Positions 47,282 through 60,498 of a DNA stretch of 64,000 bases are shown one piece after another. Position numbers and translations under genes: made by a program. The notes beneath the pieces were generated by a model. It did not search any database. It saw nothing but the letters and a program-made list of their open reading frames with translations, and was not told the origin of the DNA. Source of the stretch: Podarcis vaucheri (taxonomy: Eukaryota); assembly GCA_965113315.1 (NCBI GenBank), contig OZ220371.1; one strand, 5' to 3'. Within the stretch, counting starts at the first letter, position 1; every line of letters starts with the position of its first letter.

Positions 47282-47966
47282 TCAGCCCTTCCCTTCCTCT
47301 CCAGACTGCAGGTGCAGGTGGCCTGAACCTGATCAGGACCCTGGTGTGGGGGCAGAGAAGCTTTAATTCTTTGCCTTTGTCAGGTGAACCATTTTCTGCC
47401 CAGTGCTGCGCAAGTCCCATTGATCAGTTGATTGTTGGGACTCACAAAGTGCTGTGAAGGAGGCTATGGGGCTTTCAAACACTCTTTTGGCCCATCAACA
47501 TCTTTACCTGCTTCATACCTGATGTCAGTTATAGGGCAGTTGGCTGTGGCTTGACCAAAATGACCTCACGGGCCAAATGGGGAGGTCTGATGGATCTAAT
47601 TAGGCACATATGCTGCTGGTTCTAAACCTTGACCCACAAAATTTACATGCTTAAATGATAGAAATGAGATGTATTCCAAACATTGTCAATTTTAAGTTAA
47701 GTTATTAAGTATTTATAATATACATTAGCACTTGATTATGTCTGAGTGTCTAAGTGTTAGTGCTTATATAATTAACATTGGCTGGGTCTGTATCAGGCAG
47801 CGCTGAGGAGCTCGTACTAATGACTCACTGATTATGGGATGGTATTTATATTGAAATGTACTGTGTCAAGAATTCCTGGCCTTTAGAGAGGGGATGGTAA
47901 AATGTATGTACAACTTTGCCTCTAGTGCACTGGCATTTTATATTTGTTCATATGAATAGTTTAAAT

Positions 47967-48076
47967 CGGGGTGGGGAAATGTTGATATACTCCAATTTCC
48001 ATCTGTCCCAGCCAGCATAGGATGATGGGACTTGTAGTCCAATAACATCTGAAGGACACCAGCTGACCTACCCCTG
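47967..48076. mobile_element. hAT-type MITE
   Basis: CGGGGTGGGGAA..CCTACCCCTG termini with a degenerate 8-bp TSD GTTTAAAT/GTTTAAGC. Confidence 0.6.
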
Positions 48077-49749
48077 GTTTAAGCCTTAGCTGTTCATTTA
48101 ATATCTCATTTATTTCACTAGTACTACTCTGGAGTTTTCTCTCTTTCTCATAAAAATTTTTGGCACATGGGAAGAAAATATTGAAAAACAGGAAATTTGT
48201 TGTTTAGTTATAATTGGAATTCTAATTAGACAGTACAGAGTGGAATAAGGATTGGGGCGAGCAATGTAAAATTTTTATGCCCAAATCATGTGTTTTCCAT
48301 ATCATTTTCCTACTGGTATTAGTGGGATTTGCAGTGCACAATCCTAAACTAAGCATATTAATTCAAAAAGAAAATCATTCAGATTTCAATGGATTTTGTT
48401 CCGTATTAATTATGTATTTGATTGCTGCCTTAAACACAACTGTGCATTTGTCCTTTGGATTAAAATAGGGCTGGTAGATTTGTTTTTGTCTTTCTCTTTA
48501 TACTGCCTTTTTTCCCTTCATCTAAAAAACCCCCACATTGCTCTCCTCACAATGTTAACTTTACTTTGAGGAAGCAGAAGGGACATAACTCTATTAGTTT
48601 ACACAGTATTATTCCCTTTATGCCTCTGGACCATCTTAGATTGCGTTATAAGTGACATTGATTTATTGATTGTGGACTACATGTGCTGGGTTTTCCCTCC
48701 AGAATAACTGACCTATGTGCTCTATCCAGCCTAGCTCTCTAGGGACACTTGGCTTTCATTCATATTCTGCAAGGAAATACCATGGGTTGTTTCCGTCTCT
48801 TTCAAGTGAGAACATGTCGAACATTATCGCTTTATGATCCCATAAGTTCTTCCTCATTTTCAGATGTGCTTTCTTTCTAAAGCTTTCAAACATAGCACAA
48901 ATAGAACAGACAGGACCCCCTGCCTGCCTTTAGGAGGTGATAACATTTTTTATAGCTATTGCACTAGGAAGCTATCAAATCTACACACTATTAAAAAAAA
49001 TGTTTTGTCATTGAGAGCAAATAATGAGCTTGGGCTGGAAAGTTTGTTTTTTACTTTAATATAACATCTATGGATTTTCTTCTTGTCTAGTAGGGGTATT
49101 ATCCTTTATCTTAGTTTTTCCACTGTGCTACAGAATTAGGTAGACAATTTAAGGTGTCTTCCCTGCCAACCTTTGTTTGGAAGCCACATCTTCCTCCCAG
49201 TTTTTTCAAGGAGTAATGGCATATGTAAAAATAATAATGAGTATAAAGTGTTCCGTTATCACTATTTTGGTAACGTTCTATTCTTCAAGCATTTATGCAT
49301 TATGCATCTCTTGATAAGAGAAGGTTATCCATTTTGCATTAACATAAGCTGCCACAGAATTCAGATTTTTATCAGTAGCAAAATGTCAAATATTAAAATT
49401 TTACCAGAAATCAAGACTAGGTCAGTGCTTGTTACAGCTCATTGTGTTTTCTTTTAATCTAACACCCCCTGTTTTTTGCCTTGATAAACAAGAAAATGGA
49501 TGTACCTTTCTTACAAGCTGACAGGTATGCTTGTTTATTTTTTAAACAAATGATTATTTCTTTGTAGCAAGACTCCAAAACGTGGACCTTGGCTTTCTTG
49601 AAGTTTCCATCTCCTTCTGTCTCAACAACCCCATTTGTTCCCCCCCCCCTTTGAAATATTCCAAATTTTATTTCTTGAAGTACACCACGCTTGCTGCTGC
49701 CACACTAATTATGCCATCTTCTGATTTATATAGAAGTAGGATCTACCTA

Positions 49750-50080
49750 GGGACGTGGGTGGTGCTGTGGTCTAAACCACTGAGCCTAGGGATTGCTGAT
49801 CAGAAGGTCAGCGGTTTGAATCCCCGCGATGGGGTGAGCGCCCTTTGTTTGGTCCCAGCTCCTGCCCACCTAGCAGTTCGAAAGCACATCAAGTACAAGT
49901 AGATAAATATGTACTACTCTGGCAGGAAGGTAAACGGCATTTCCGTGCACTGCTCTGGCCACATGACCCAAAAGCTGTCGGTAGACAAACGCCAGCTCCC
50001 TTGGCCTATAGAGCAAGATGAGCACTGCAACCCCAGAGTCGTCTGCGACTGGACCTAACAGTCAGGGGTACCTTTACCTT
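49750..50080 (+). mobile_element. Sauria SINE with 13-bp TSD
   Basis: TSD TAGGATCTACCTA / TAGGCTCTACCTA (12/13). Confidence 0.94.
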
Positions 50081-52012
50081 TAGGCTCTACCTACACATGC
50101 TACCTCCCAAACTGCAGATGCATGAAACGTTCAATCCCCCCCCCCCACAAGGGTATCTCCACCTCACTGAACCCTTGCTCCACACTGGGGACAATTTTGA
50201 GGTCTATCCAACTTTTGGCATTATTGTTCTCCTTTCAGAGCATGGGTTGGATATGATGTACAGTGAGCCCGCCACTTATGCAGCAGTTCAGTTCTAGGGG
50301 CCCAAGCACAAGGGCAAACTTGCTTAAGGCCAGGAATTCTGAAACTGCCCCCATCCCATGACAATCCCTACCTGTCTGCAGCAGACTTTGGGATAGTCAT
50401 GTGAGGGCCTTGGGGTACATCCTTTCCAAAGGCTGGCAAGCAAGGCGGATGGTTCAAAAAGCTATTTTTATGGCGGGCAACCTGGTGGGGAGCTAAAAAG
50501 GGTAAATAGGACCTTAGAAAAAAGCTTTATTCAAAAGTAAAGGCATTGCCTTCCTTACCAGCCTCTGGGAAGGAGGTGTGAAAACTTTGCGAGTTTCCCA
50601 GAGCTGGGTAAGTCAGGCAGAGGCCTTAAAAAGCTCTTTTTTGTGGCTTTCCATTGACCCACCAGGCCATATAGGGTGAATCTTAATTTGCAGCCACAGC
50701 TTAAAGTTTCAATCACCTGATGCCATATGACATCATTGTGATTGACAGGTAGACAACCCCACCAGCCTAACCAAGCGGCCTGCAGAGAGTTGGCCACTTC
50801 GGCTCTAGGTAGTTGTGAATTATGGGGTAGCGGCAGCTGCTGGCCATGTGAAAAGTATGTAATTGAGATTTTGGCACATGACTACTGTTGCCCAATAGCC
50901 GAGACAGGAACACAATCTGTGGTTCTGACCTAGGAAGTGATTACTGCTCCTCTGTAGAGGTTGCTAACATGTGTTCTGGCAAATCTAGATAGCGAAACTG
51001 CATATTGAACTGCAGCCAGGATGAAAGAGCAATTGCTATTGTGCCTAGGATACAGGTGTGGCATATTATATTCCTCTACAAAATGGGATCTATAATCTGC
51101 CTTAAGTAGCAGTGTAAAAGCAATACTCTAAGCAGTATAATAAGAATCTGCCTTGTACAGGATGTTCAAGTGTGTGTACTTCTTTTTGCTATTGTAAAAA
51201 AGCTCCCATTATATGCATGTCACATTTAAGGTTAGCACATTTATGTATCCATTTCAATCTTAGTACATGAAGTCAATACACTTGATTCAACTTCATTACG
51301 CTGCAGTTCATCTCTCTCTCTCTCCCTCCCCCCCATTTTGCAAACACCCTTACAGGATTGCATTCCATTAGTGCCTCAAGCTATTTTATTATAAGATTTG
51401 CCAATAAACAACCTATTTTTTAAATTGAATTTCCTTTCCAGGCATTGGATTTTGGTGTGAGAATTGTTCTAATGCTGCTTCTTTATCTAGTAAGAAAAAA
51501 AATACAGTTTGTGGAAGGACTGGTAAAGATTGTATTGGCAGTGCATGCCTGACTAATGAAAGATAATAAAATGCCACACCTCATGCCTGTATTCTTCTTA
51601 AAAAAATAAAATTAAAAAAATCAGATAAGTTTGTTTGTCTCAGGCCAAGCTTCCAGCATTTTTTTTTATACTGTTACCGTTGACAATCTTTATGGAATAT
51701 TGTACCGCACCAGGGGTTTTATCATCCACAGCTCTGCAGCTCTAAGATTCCTTTGAAGGGCATGTGGGGGAGGATGAGAACATCTGTTCAGATAACTGGT
51801 ATTAGACTTTTGTCCCTCTTTTACCCTTTTGATTCAATAGGGTCAAAAGGTCTTCCTCTGCCACAAGTTTGGCCCTGTCTGCAGACGCCAGAAGGAGATA
51901 GATGGCAAAGGGACTGCAGGAGACTTGGAGAACAGAAATTCATGCTAAATAATTCCCATTTTGCCATACTTGGGAAATGGGAAGTATTTTCTTGAGTGGT
52001 TCCTCCCATTGT

Positions 52013-52086
52013 TCCCAGAGTGGCTGGGGAAACCCAGCCAGATGTGTGGGGTATAAATAAAAAATAAAAATTCTTATTCTTATTCT
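52013..52086 (+). mobile_element. L2 terminal stem-loop only
   Basis: CCCAGAGTGGCTGGGGAAACCCAGCCAGATG..GGGGTATAAATAAA. Confidence 0.75.
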
Positions 52087-52851
52087 TCAGGTGGCTGGCC
52101 CTTGTCTGGTGATGATATTCTTCTGTGCTGATGTGTTTATATTTCAGACACGGCCATGCACTGTGCCCATGATAAGGCGTGCCTGCTTGTAGAATAACCT
52201 GCATGTAGCAATTTCAAATAACTTAATGTAGCAATGAAATATCTAATAGTGAGCCACTTGCCTGAAGTTGCCTCTTTTTTTTTGCATTCATAAATAATCC
52301 TTCAAGGCTCACACTGTCAGAGGTTATGCAGCTGTCCAGAGTAAGGACTTTTTCTATATGGTAACAATTGCTCAGAGAGCCATCAAATAATACAGGGGGT
52401 GACCATTTTGTGCAGAGGTTCCATTCCTGGCCCCCCTCACACATCAGCAGAGCGCACATAAGCCCATCCCACCCTGCCCCTCATTCTGCCCCCTTCCGGG
52501 TCCAAAAGGACCCACACATTGGCGGTCACACATCAATTGGACATGCACAAAGGGGTCACCGCCTGTACTCTAGTCTAGCGTTTCAGACAGCAGGGTCAAT
52601 ATGGTTCAATTTTTAGCATGGGTTTTTAATAAGCAATAATTTGGATGGTTTTAACTGCTTTGAATGTTTTATTGTATTCATTCATTCATAATGATACAGA
52701 TGTGTTTTAATGTTATTTTACCTGGCTCTTATTTATTCTTGGAAACAGTAATTTTGGATTCAAAAGTTGCATACAGATCTCAATAATAATTGAAGATCCA
52801 TTGATAATGCTTTGTGATTTTCATCCCAGTTATTGAAATGCTACTTCTAGG

Positions 52852-53048
52852 TAGTGCTTTCCCCTCGCAGAGGGTACTTAAGGGTGCGCAGTTCCAGCAC
52901 CTCTTTGGTTGTTAACAAGTGTGGGACTTACTTTAACAACTTCATGGTGAGTAACAGCACATCTTTTTTGTTGTAAGCATCACACTTTTTAACTGTAACA
53001 ACTTCCTGGTGAGTACCGGCACCTATTTTTCTAGAGAAAAAAGCACTG
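52852..53048. mobile_element. hAT-type MITE
   Basis: TAGTGCTTT..AAAAGCACTG termini, near-matching 8-bp flanks CTTCTAGG/CTTCTTAG, internal repeats of AACAACTTC.TGGTGAGTA. Confidence 0.65.
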
Positions 53049-53223
53049 CTTCTTAGAATAGTGGGAGTTATGAAATGCAGAAAATGATTATACTTATTGC
53101 TATACTTTGCCTCTTGTTGCTTAAAGTTTGCAAGTTTTCAGTCGCAAAGGACCATTCATATGAAGAGGATCAAAGGTCATTTAAATGAATTTCTGGTTTA
53201 CATAAACTTATTTACAGCTTGGA

Positions 53224-53510
53224 GGGATGCGGGTGGCGCTGTGGTCTAAACCACTGAGCCTAGGGCTTGCCGATCGGAAGGTTGGCGGTTCTAATCCCCA
53301 CAATGGAGTGAGCTCCCGTTGCTTGGTCCCAGCTCCTGCCAACCTAGCAGTTCGAAAGCACGTGAAAGTGCAAGTAGATAAATAGGTACTGCTCTGGCGG
53401 GAAGGCAAACGGTGTTTCTGTGAGCTGCTCTGGTATCTCCAGAAGTGGCTTAGTCATGCTGGCCACAACCCCAGAGTCGTTCGTGACTGTCAGGGGTCTG
53501 TTACCTTTTT
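53224..53510 (+). mobile_element. Sauria SINE with internal 3' deletion
   Basis: Intact head. Jumps from GGCCAC directly to AACCCCAGAGTCG. TTATTTACA occurs in both flanks. Confidence 0.92.
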
Positions 53511-54791
53511 TTATTTACAACTCAGTCTGATGTGCTGAGGTTTAGAGCTACGGTCTGCTGGTATATGTATTTTAGAATTTATACTTTGTGTGAGCTGGAG
53601 AGGTGTGCTGACAGCTAGAATGTTTTAACTTGAAACTGGGACAGGATGGCTTTGAGTACTGACCCTCAGTTCTCATATAAACAGAATCTAAGTGAAATAA
53701 TGTGTTTGTCTTTGAATAAATGTTGGTGTTTGTACATTTATTAAGTTTAAAACTCTTCCTGTCATCTGGACACTGTCTTCTAGCAATTGGTTGTGAACAG
53801 ATGATAAACTGATTTATTATGATTTATTATGAGGAGGAAGAAGTGAAAAAACAAAGCAGAAGATGGGATGATAAAGGAGACAGACCAAATATATATATAT
53901 ATATATGGTCATGATTTTTTTCTTGTAACTATTTCTCCTGTTTCAGGCTGAGGCTAATCCTGTTTATTTTGTTCAATATATGGTTTTTAAAATAAAACAA
54001 AGGGAGCAGTACATACCAGTATCATGTAAATTGTAACATAGCTAAATATAGGCATGGTACATAGGCATAATGAAGAATGGAATTAATGTATTGGCTAAGG
54101 CTTAACCGAACAAAATTGTGCTGTTAACGGCAAGGTGACATTTGTGAGGTGCTGTACATCAGGTTGATAGTTTTGTGGCCTGAAAGATCGTCAAGTTCTG
54201 CATTCTCCTCCAGCTTCCCCTGGGAAAGACTGTAGTTACGATAATTAAAATCTATACATTTAATGGCCTGTGCATTATGTGAAGCTGTGGGTGATTGGAT
54301 CTAAAAATGTTTCACAGCCTTAGGAAAATCCAATATGCTATATAATCTTTAACTGACATTGATGTTGATTTTGTGATCCTGACGCAACTCAGTCATTACT
54401 AGCTTTTTAATACATAATGGTGCATCAGCCATTGTGAGAAGGGAAAGCAAAAGCAAAAATGATATGGCTCTAAAGAGTTGCCTGGGACAAATAGATGGAA
54501 GCTATTTAAAGTAAGTTAATGATGCAGCTTAGCATTTAGAAAGTTAGAGTGGGAGTGTGAATCATTGTCAGAAGAATTGCTAATCACTGTTATTTAAAGT
54601 AGTGGCGCACCTTCAGCTTCATTAAATATAAAGTGTTGGTAACGTTTGGAGCTATTATACCTGACAATCGTGGGTGGATGTCTTTTCTCTCTCCCCTGTC
54701 CCCAATCCTGCAGTCTTTTTTGTTGTAAGGCAGGAATACTGTCAGCATATGAGCATCCCTCAGTTTAGGAAACAAATTATTGTGCTTCCTA

Positions 54792-54912
54792 AGGCTACCA
54801 GCATGAGTTTGACCAAACTGCGGGAGGCAGTGGAAGACAGGAGTGCCTGGCGTGCTCTGGACCATGGGGTCATGAAGAGTCGGACACGACTAAACGACTA
54901 AACAACAAAAAA
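54792..54912 (+). mobile_element. BovB 3' tip (~120 bp)
   Basis: ATSMSLTKLREAVEDRSAWRAL..KSRTRLND plus tail. Confidence 0.93.
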
Positions 54913-55534
54913 AGCATCCTGGCAGCAAATATTTATGTCCTTAGCAGAAAGGCATGGGGTTGGGGGGGGGGGAGAGTGTGAACAGGTAAAGAGAACAGAA
55001 AAATACCACATTGGATCCCAGCTTGCATTGGGCTCCATGGGAAAGCAAAGTGATGTAGAGAATAGAGAAGACTGTCCCTTTCCTGTTCAAACTAACTTGG
55101 AGTACCTAGGATCCAGTTTGTGTTGCTTAAGACAGGGTGAGAAGTAATTGTTTCTTGTCTGGTCAGCCTGCACAGCTGGGAAGACAGATGGTAAAATTGC
55201 CCTGCCTTCAGAATAGAGAATAAGGAGGCTCACATCACTCTTGGAGATGCGGGAAGAGAAAAAAAAAATAAGGATGAATAAACTTGTCCAGTAGCTACTG
55301 CATATGACTCATAATTAATCAAGCTCTCCTGTGTCCTTTATGGGTTTTCTTGCAGATCCCTGCAGATTTTTCATTGATTGGTTCTATAGCATAAAATATT
55401 GGATGCTGAGTGGTCTAAAGTTGCAGACTCAAGCCAAAGCCAACCCTTATGCCACCATGTGTTCCCCTTAAAATGCAAATGAGGTAGTGGGTTTTGCTCC
55501 CCCTGTCAGTCACTTAGAGTTCTGCTCCTCAGAG

Positions 55535-55709
55535 TAGAATAATAGTATTGTAGAATTGGAAAGGACCCAAAGGATCATTTAGTCCACCCCCAGCAATGCA
55601 GGAATCTCAGCTAAAGCATTTATGACAGATGGCCATCCAATCTCTGCTTAAAAACCTTCAAGGAAGTAGAGTCTACAACCTCCTAAGGAAGACCTTTCCA
55701 CTGCCAAAG
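55535..55709 (-). mobile_element. CR1 3' end
   Basis: Homologous to 12831-13000. Confidence 0.85.
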
Positions 55710-56768
55710 TTTCTCAGAAGAAGCTTTGCTGTTGCCAGTGATAAGCCCCACCCTGAGAAACTGTTGAAAATCTTTTCCTTTTCCTGGATAAATCAAGTGA
55801 AATAGCCTCCTAGTTTCTCCCTACAAACAGGGTGGAGAATTTAAAGAGGTCATATACTGTACAGTATGTCTAGCTCTAGAAAACACAGTCTTCTTAGCAG
55901 CTCACTAAAATACTCATTAGTTTAGATTAATTTTTAAATCACTGTAAACATGTCGGCTCTTGCGTGCTGTGGATTTTCCAGTAAAAAAATAGTTTTTGTT
56001 TTTCTAACCAGACCCTTCAACCTCTTCTGCAACATTAGATGTTTTCTAATGTCTCATACTACCAGTGTGCCAAGAGATAATGTGGAAAGATGGCTGAGAA
56101 CCGCAGATTTCTTTTTCAAAAATATATATATATCCTCCACCTGTGCTAAGCTTTGCCCTATTTTTTCTTAAGTAGGTTTATTTCTGTTTATTTCCAAAGG
56201 CAGAATTGCTGAGGTGTGGAGCTTGTACCATTTTATTAATGTCCCCCCCCCTCTCTTGCTAGATTTTCAAAATGCTCTAGGACTACTTGATATGCATCCT
56301 GCCTCTATAATAAAGCCACATCACCTAGTTTATTTTAAAATCTACAAGAAAATCAGTTGACTCATTTCTCCCCTACTTGAATGTCATTCATTTTTTAATT
56401 TACATATGTGTTAAATTAAATTTTCTGTTGAGCTTGGCTGAGTGCTATGCTTAAAACAAAGTGTCTGGCATGTGTCACAAATTACTTTTATTATGCACAT
56501 ACACCTCTGTGTTAGAGGTTTAGTTTTCAGTATAAAAGTAGAAAGAATGCAATTCATTGATTGATTGCATTTCTAGCGCATTCATCTTGGTTCACACAAT
56601 CCCAGAGTGAAGAACACTAAAGTCCATACATACATACATACATACATACATAATTTGTACGCTGCCTTTACACAGTTAAAATCATGCTGAAGGCAGCTTT
56701 CAACATGAAAAAAATACTTAATACATACCAAAAGTAGTTATAAACAATAAAAACATCAAAAAGTACAT

Positions 56769-57629
56769 AATGACAGCTAATGGATTGAAGTTGAATCCTG
56801 ACAAGACAGAAGTACTGTTTTTGGGGGACAGGGGGCAGGCTGGTGTGGAGGACTCCCTGGTCCTGAATAGGGTAACTGTGCCCCTGAAGGACCAAGTGCG
56901 CAGCCTGGGAGTCATTTTGGACTCACAGCTGTCCATGGAGGCGCAGGTCAATTCTGTATCCAGGGCAGCTGTCTACCAACTCCACCTGGTACGCAGGCTG
57001 AGACCCTATCTGCCCGCGGACTGTCTCGCCAGAGTGGTGCATGCTCTGGTTATCTCCCGCTTGGACTACTGCAATGCACTCTACGTGGGGCTACCTTTGA
57101 AGGTGACTCGGAAACTACAACTAATCCAGAATGCGGCAGCTAGACTGGTGACTGGGGGCGGCCGCCAAGACCACATAACACCGGTCTTGAAAGACCTACA
57201 TTGGCTCCCAGTACGTTTCCGAGCACACACAATTCAAAGTGCTGGTGTTGACCTTCAAAGCCCTAAACGGCCTCGGCCCAGTATACCTGAAGGAGCGTCT
57301 CCACCCCCATCGTTCTGCCCGGACGCTGAGGTCCAGCGCCGAGGGCCTTCTGGCGGTTCCCTCATTGTGAGAAGCAAAGCTACAGGGAACCAGGCAGAGG
57401 GCCTTCTCGGTAGTGGCGCCCGCCCTGTGGAACGCCCTCCCATCAGATGTCAAAGCGATAAATAACTACCTGACATTTAGAAGACATCTTAAGGCAGCCC
57501 TGTTCAGGGAAGTTTTTAATCTGTGATATTTTACTGTATTTTGGTTTCTATGGAAGCCGCCCAGAGTGGCTGGGGAAACCCAGCCAGATGGGCGGGGTAC
57601 AAATAATAAATTATTATTATTATTATTAT
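56769..57629 (+). mobile_element. Young L2, 5'-truncated, with (TTA)n tail; inserted next to an older minus-strand tail with (CATA)n
   Basis: ANGLKLNPDKTEVL..SRLDYCNALYVGLPLK..LHWLPVRFRA. A single frameshift at GCACACACAA (~57225). CpGs retained. Confidence 0.95.
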
Positions 57630-57773
57630 AACCAAATGGAAACAATTTTCACATAAACCATAATATCTAAAAAAAAGCTACAAAATATTAATATCAATAA
57701 CAGCAACAACTCCCATCAGAAAAACATTTCATTTAAATGCAACATATAAAAACAAATATACTAATAGCTGAAC

Positions 57774-58030
57774 CAGTGCCAGATTCATGTATAAGCTAAA
57801 CATGCTATGGCTTAGGGTCCCACTCTCTTGGAAGCCCCCCCCCAAAAAATAAATAAAGGGGGGGACCTGGATGTACATTTCCAAAATATAAGATAAAAAA
57901 CAAATAAAATAAAACCTACATACAGCAACAGTGTTTTGTCTTGTGTAGGCTCCTATGATGTAAGTAATGGGCCCCACCTGCTATATAAAGGCCTGCCATT
58001 AGGGCCTCATCAAACCTAAATCCGGCCCTG
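57774..58030. mobile_element. hAT-type MITE with 8-bp TSD
   Basis: TIR CAGTGCCAGATT / AATCCGGCCCTG (10/12); TSD AGCTGAAC / AGCTGAAG. Confidence 0.8.
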
Positions 58031-60058
58031 AGCTGAAGCACACCAGCCACTTTAGTAAGATGCCACTTTAGTAAGATGCCACATTTTTAACTGGCATCGA
58101 AACTTCGTTAGAGTCACAGCTGAGAAAAGAGGGCATTCCAGAGTTGTGGGGCCACATACTGTATCTGAGAGACCTGTGGCATGAGAAGCACACCCCACTA
58201 CGACCTCAAAATCCAGGCAGCTGTAAAAGGGAGCAGGTGATCTTTCAGATACCTGAATCCCGAGCCATCGAGGGCTGTACTCAAAACAAGCACTTTAAAA
58301 CCAGCTTGGCAGCCTGGCAGCAGTCAGTGCTGAGCTTTCTGCACCAGTGTTATATGTTAGTGGTAAGCTGCCCCTGCAAGCAGTCTTGCTGCTGCATTCT
58401 GCTCTAACTGCAGGCAAGATAATTTTGCAGGCCTGCTTAGATCTAGTTGAGGCCAAGACAGAGGCACTATCATTGGACCAAAGCAAGGCCAATCCAGGGC
58501 AGAGACTCTGGCTTCTTGCTTCTATTATTTTGAGTTAGCTTCACATTTGTATTTCAGCCTTCCTCTAACGAGCTCGGGCTGGCAATTACTGGCCCAAGGT
58601 CACCACCTGTTCTTCATGGCTGCATTTCGATTCCAGTATGCATCATACAATTTCGTTTTAATATTATTAATGGAGTGGGTGGTCCTAATTTGCCTCATTC
58701 TTTCGTCTACTGCTGGCATTCCCTATGCCAAAACTCCTGATTAAGTTATCAGACAATTCTGTGTAGAGCAAGTTAGTATCATGTTTATTTTCATTTTCTG
58801 TACAGCTATATTGAAACTATATTAGCTCTCCCCAGGATTTTGACAAGCGAGCTTATATAATTTCTAATATATACTTTTGTTAGGGTAGAAGGGGGTAAGG
58901 GTGAAGCATATCCAAGCAATATGTTTCTTGGAATAGGCTTGAGAGAGTGTTGCCCAACCTTTGCCATCCAGGTGCCCTCTAGAGGTTTTGAGCTACAACC
59001 CCCAATAGCCCTAGCCAGCACGGGTTCTGGTGTAGTCTCACAAATGTACCATGCAATCCCACCCAGTACAGCCCTGGTTCCAAGAATGTAGAAGATCTTG
59101 ATTGTGTTTGATTAAGTATTCTCAGCAACTCCTGGTTGTATAATTCAATTCTGGTGCTCATTATTTCACGTAAATTTAAGTTCTTTCAGTCTGTAGAGAT
59201 CTGCACCAATTTGACAGCTTCCAAAAGTATAAAATCAATCGTACATATTTAAATTATGATGTCAGCTCTTCAACAAGAATAAACTTCTGCAGTTCATAAT
59301 GTGCTTTCAATCTTTACAGCTTCATAGAATGTATTAGCGAGTGCAGTTCAGGAACTGGAGGCCCTGCCCTTTATCTTTTTCTACTGTAACATATTAACTA
59401 CTGGAACTTTGGGCACTATGTATAACAGAGTGTATTCTGGCAAAGTTACCGCCAAACAGGATCTACAGTAGGCACCAGAAAGAGCATCAAAAGGGCAAGA
59501 ATCATTGTCCATTCGTTCCAGTGATTGTAGACTTTTAGTTACACAAACAAGGAATTGGTGTTTGTGGCAGCCAAGCACTCCAAAAAACATGATGGAAACC
59601 CTACGATCACTTCACCTTCTAGATACGAGTCCCTTTCCCCCCCAAGTGTGGGTGCTGATGCATATGTAGCCAAAACATCACCATCAGTGCACAAGAGATG
59701 AGTTATCAGCTGCCCCAGGTGTGTTTTGTAGAAGTACCCCCCAAAATGGGAAGGGATCAAAGAAGGGACACCCTCCCGAAAAAAAGGACTGAGCATGCAC
59801 AGTGGCAAAGAAATGCTGACTTATTGATGAATGGGTGGGACAGAAAACTGGGTGGGAGATTGCATGGAACAGAATGCAGTATTCTGGAGGAGAGCATGGC
59901 TGGCTGCAACACTAAACAAGAGCACTGCTACACTTCCTCATTTTGTTACAAGCCCTACCTGTCTATATTTCCCCTCACCTTTTGTCAGAGAAATGACCGT
60001 ATTGTATTGTTTCATCCCTGGCTGCTTATTGTATTCACAATAGTATTTCAACCCTCTT

Positions 60059-60498
60059 CCTATGGGACCGCCTCTCCTGGTATGCCCCGCGGAGGACCTT
60101 AAGGTCCACAAATGACAACCCTTTGGAGGTCCCAAGCCTCAAGGTGGTTAGATTGGTCTCAACTAGGGCCAGGGCCTTTTCAGAACTGGCACCAACTTGG
60201 CGGAACGCTCTGTCACAAGAGACTAGGGCCCTGTGGGACTTGACATCTTTCCGCAGGGCCTGCAAGACAGAGCTGTTCCGCCTGGCCTTTGGTTTGCTCT
60301 CAGTCTGACCCTTATGTTTCCCTCCCCTTATGGTTTTGATCTATGACCTACTTTTAAAATGAGGCTGCATTTTAAATTGTATTTTAACCTGTATTTTAAA
60401 TTGGTCCCCCCCATTATGTTTTTATTGCAATTTTACTGGTATTAGCCGCCCTGAGCCCGGCTCTGGCCAGGGAGGGCGGGGTATAATTTTTTTTTTTT
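60059..60498 (+). mobile_element. L2 3' end
   Basis: VRLVSTRARAFSELAPTWRNALSQETRALWDLTSFRRACKTELF and the GCCGCCCTGAGCCCGG..GGGAGGGCGGGG tail. Confidence 0.92.

Noticed and set aside
59590-60050. Possible solo LTR
   Set aside because: No TSD, poly(A) signal or second copy to support it.
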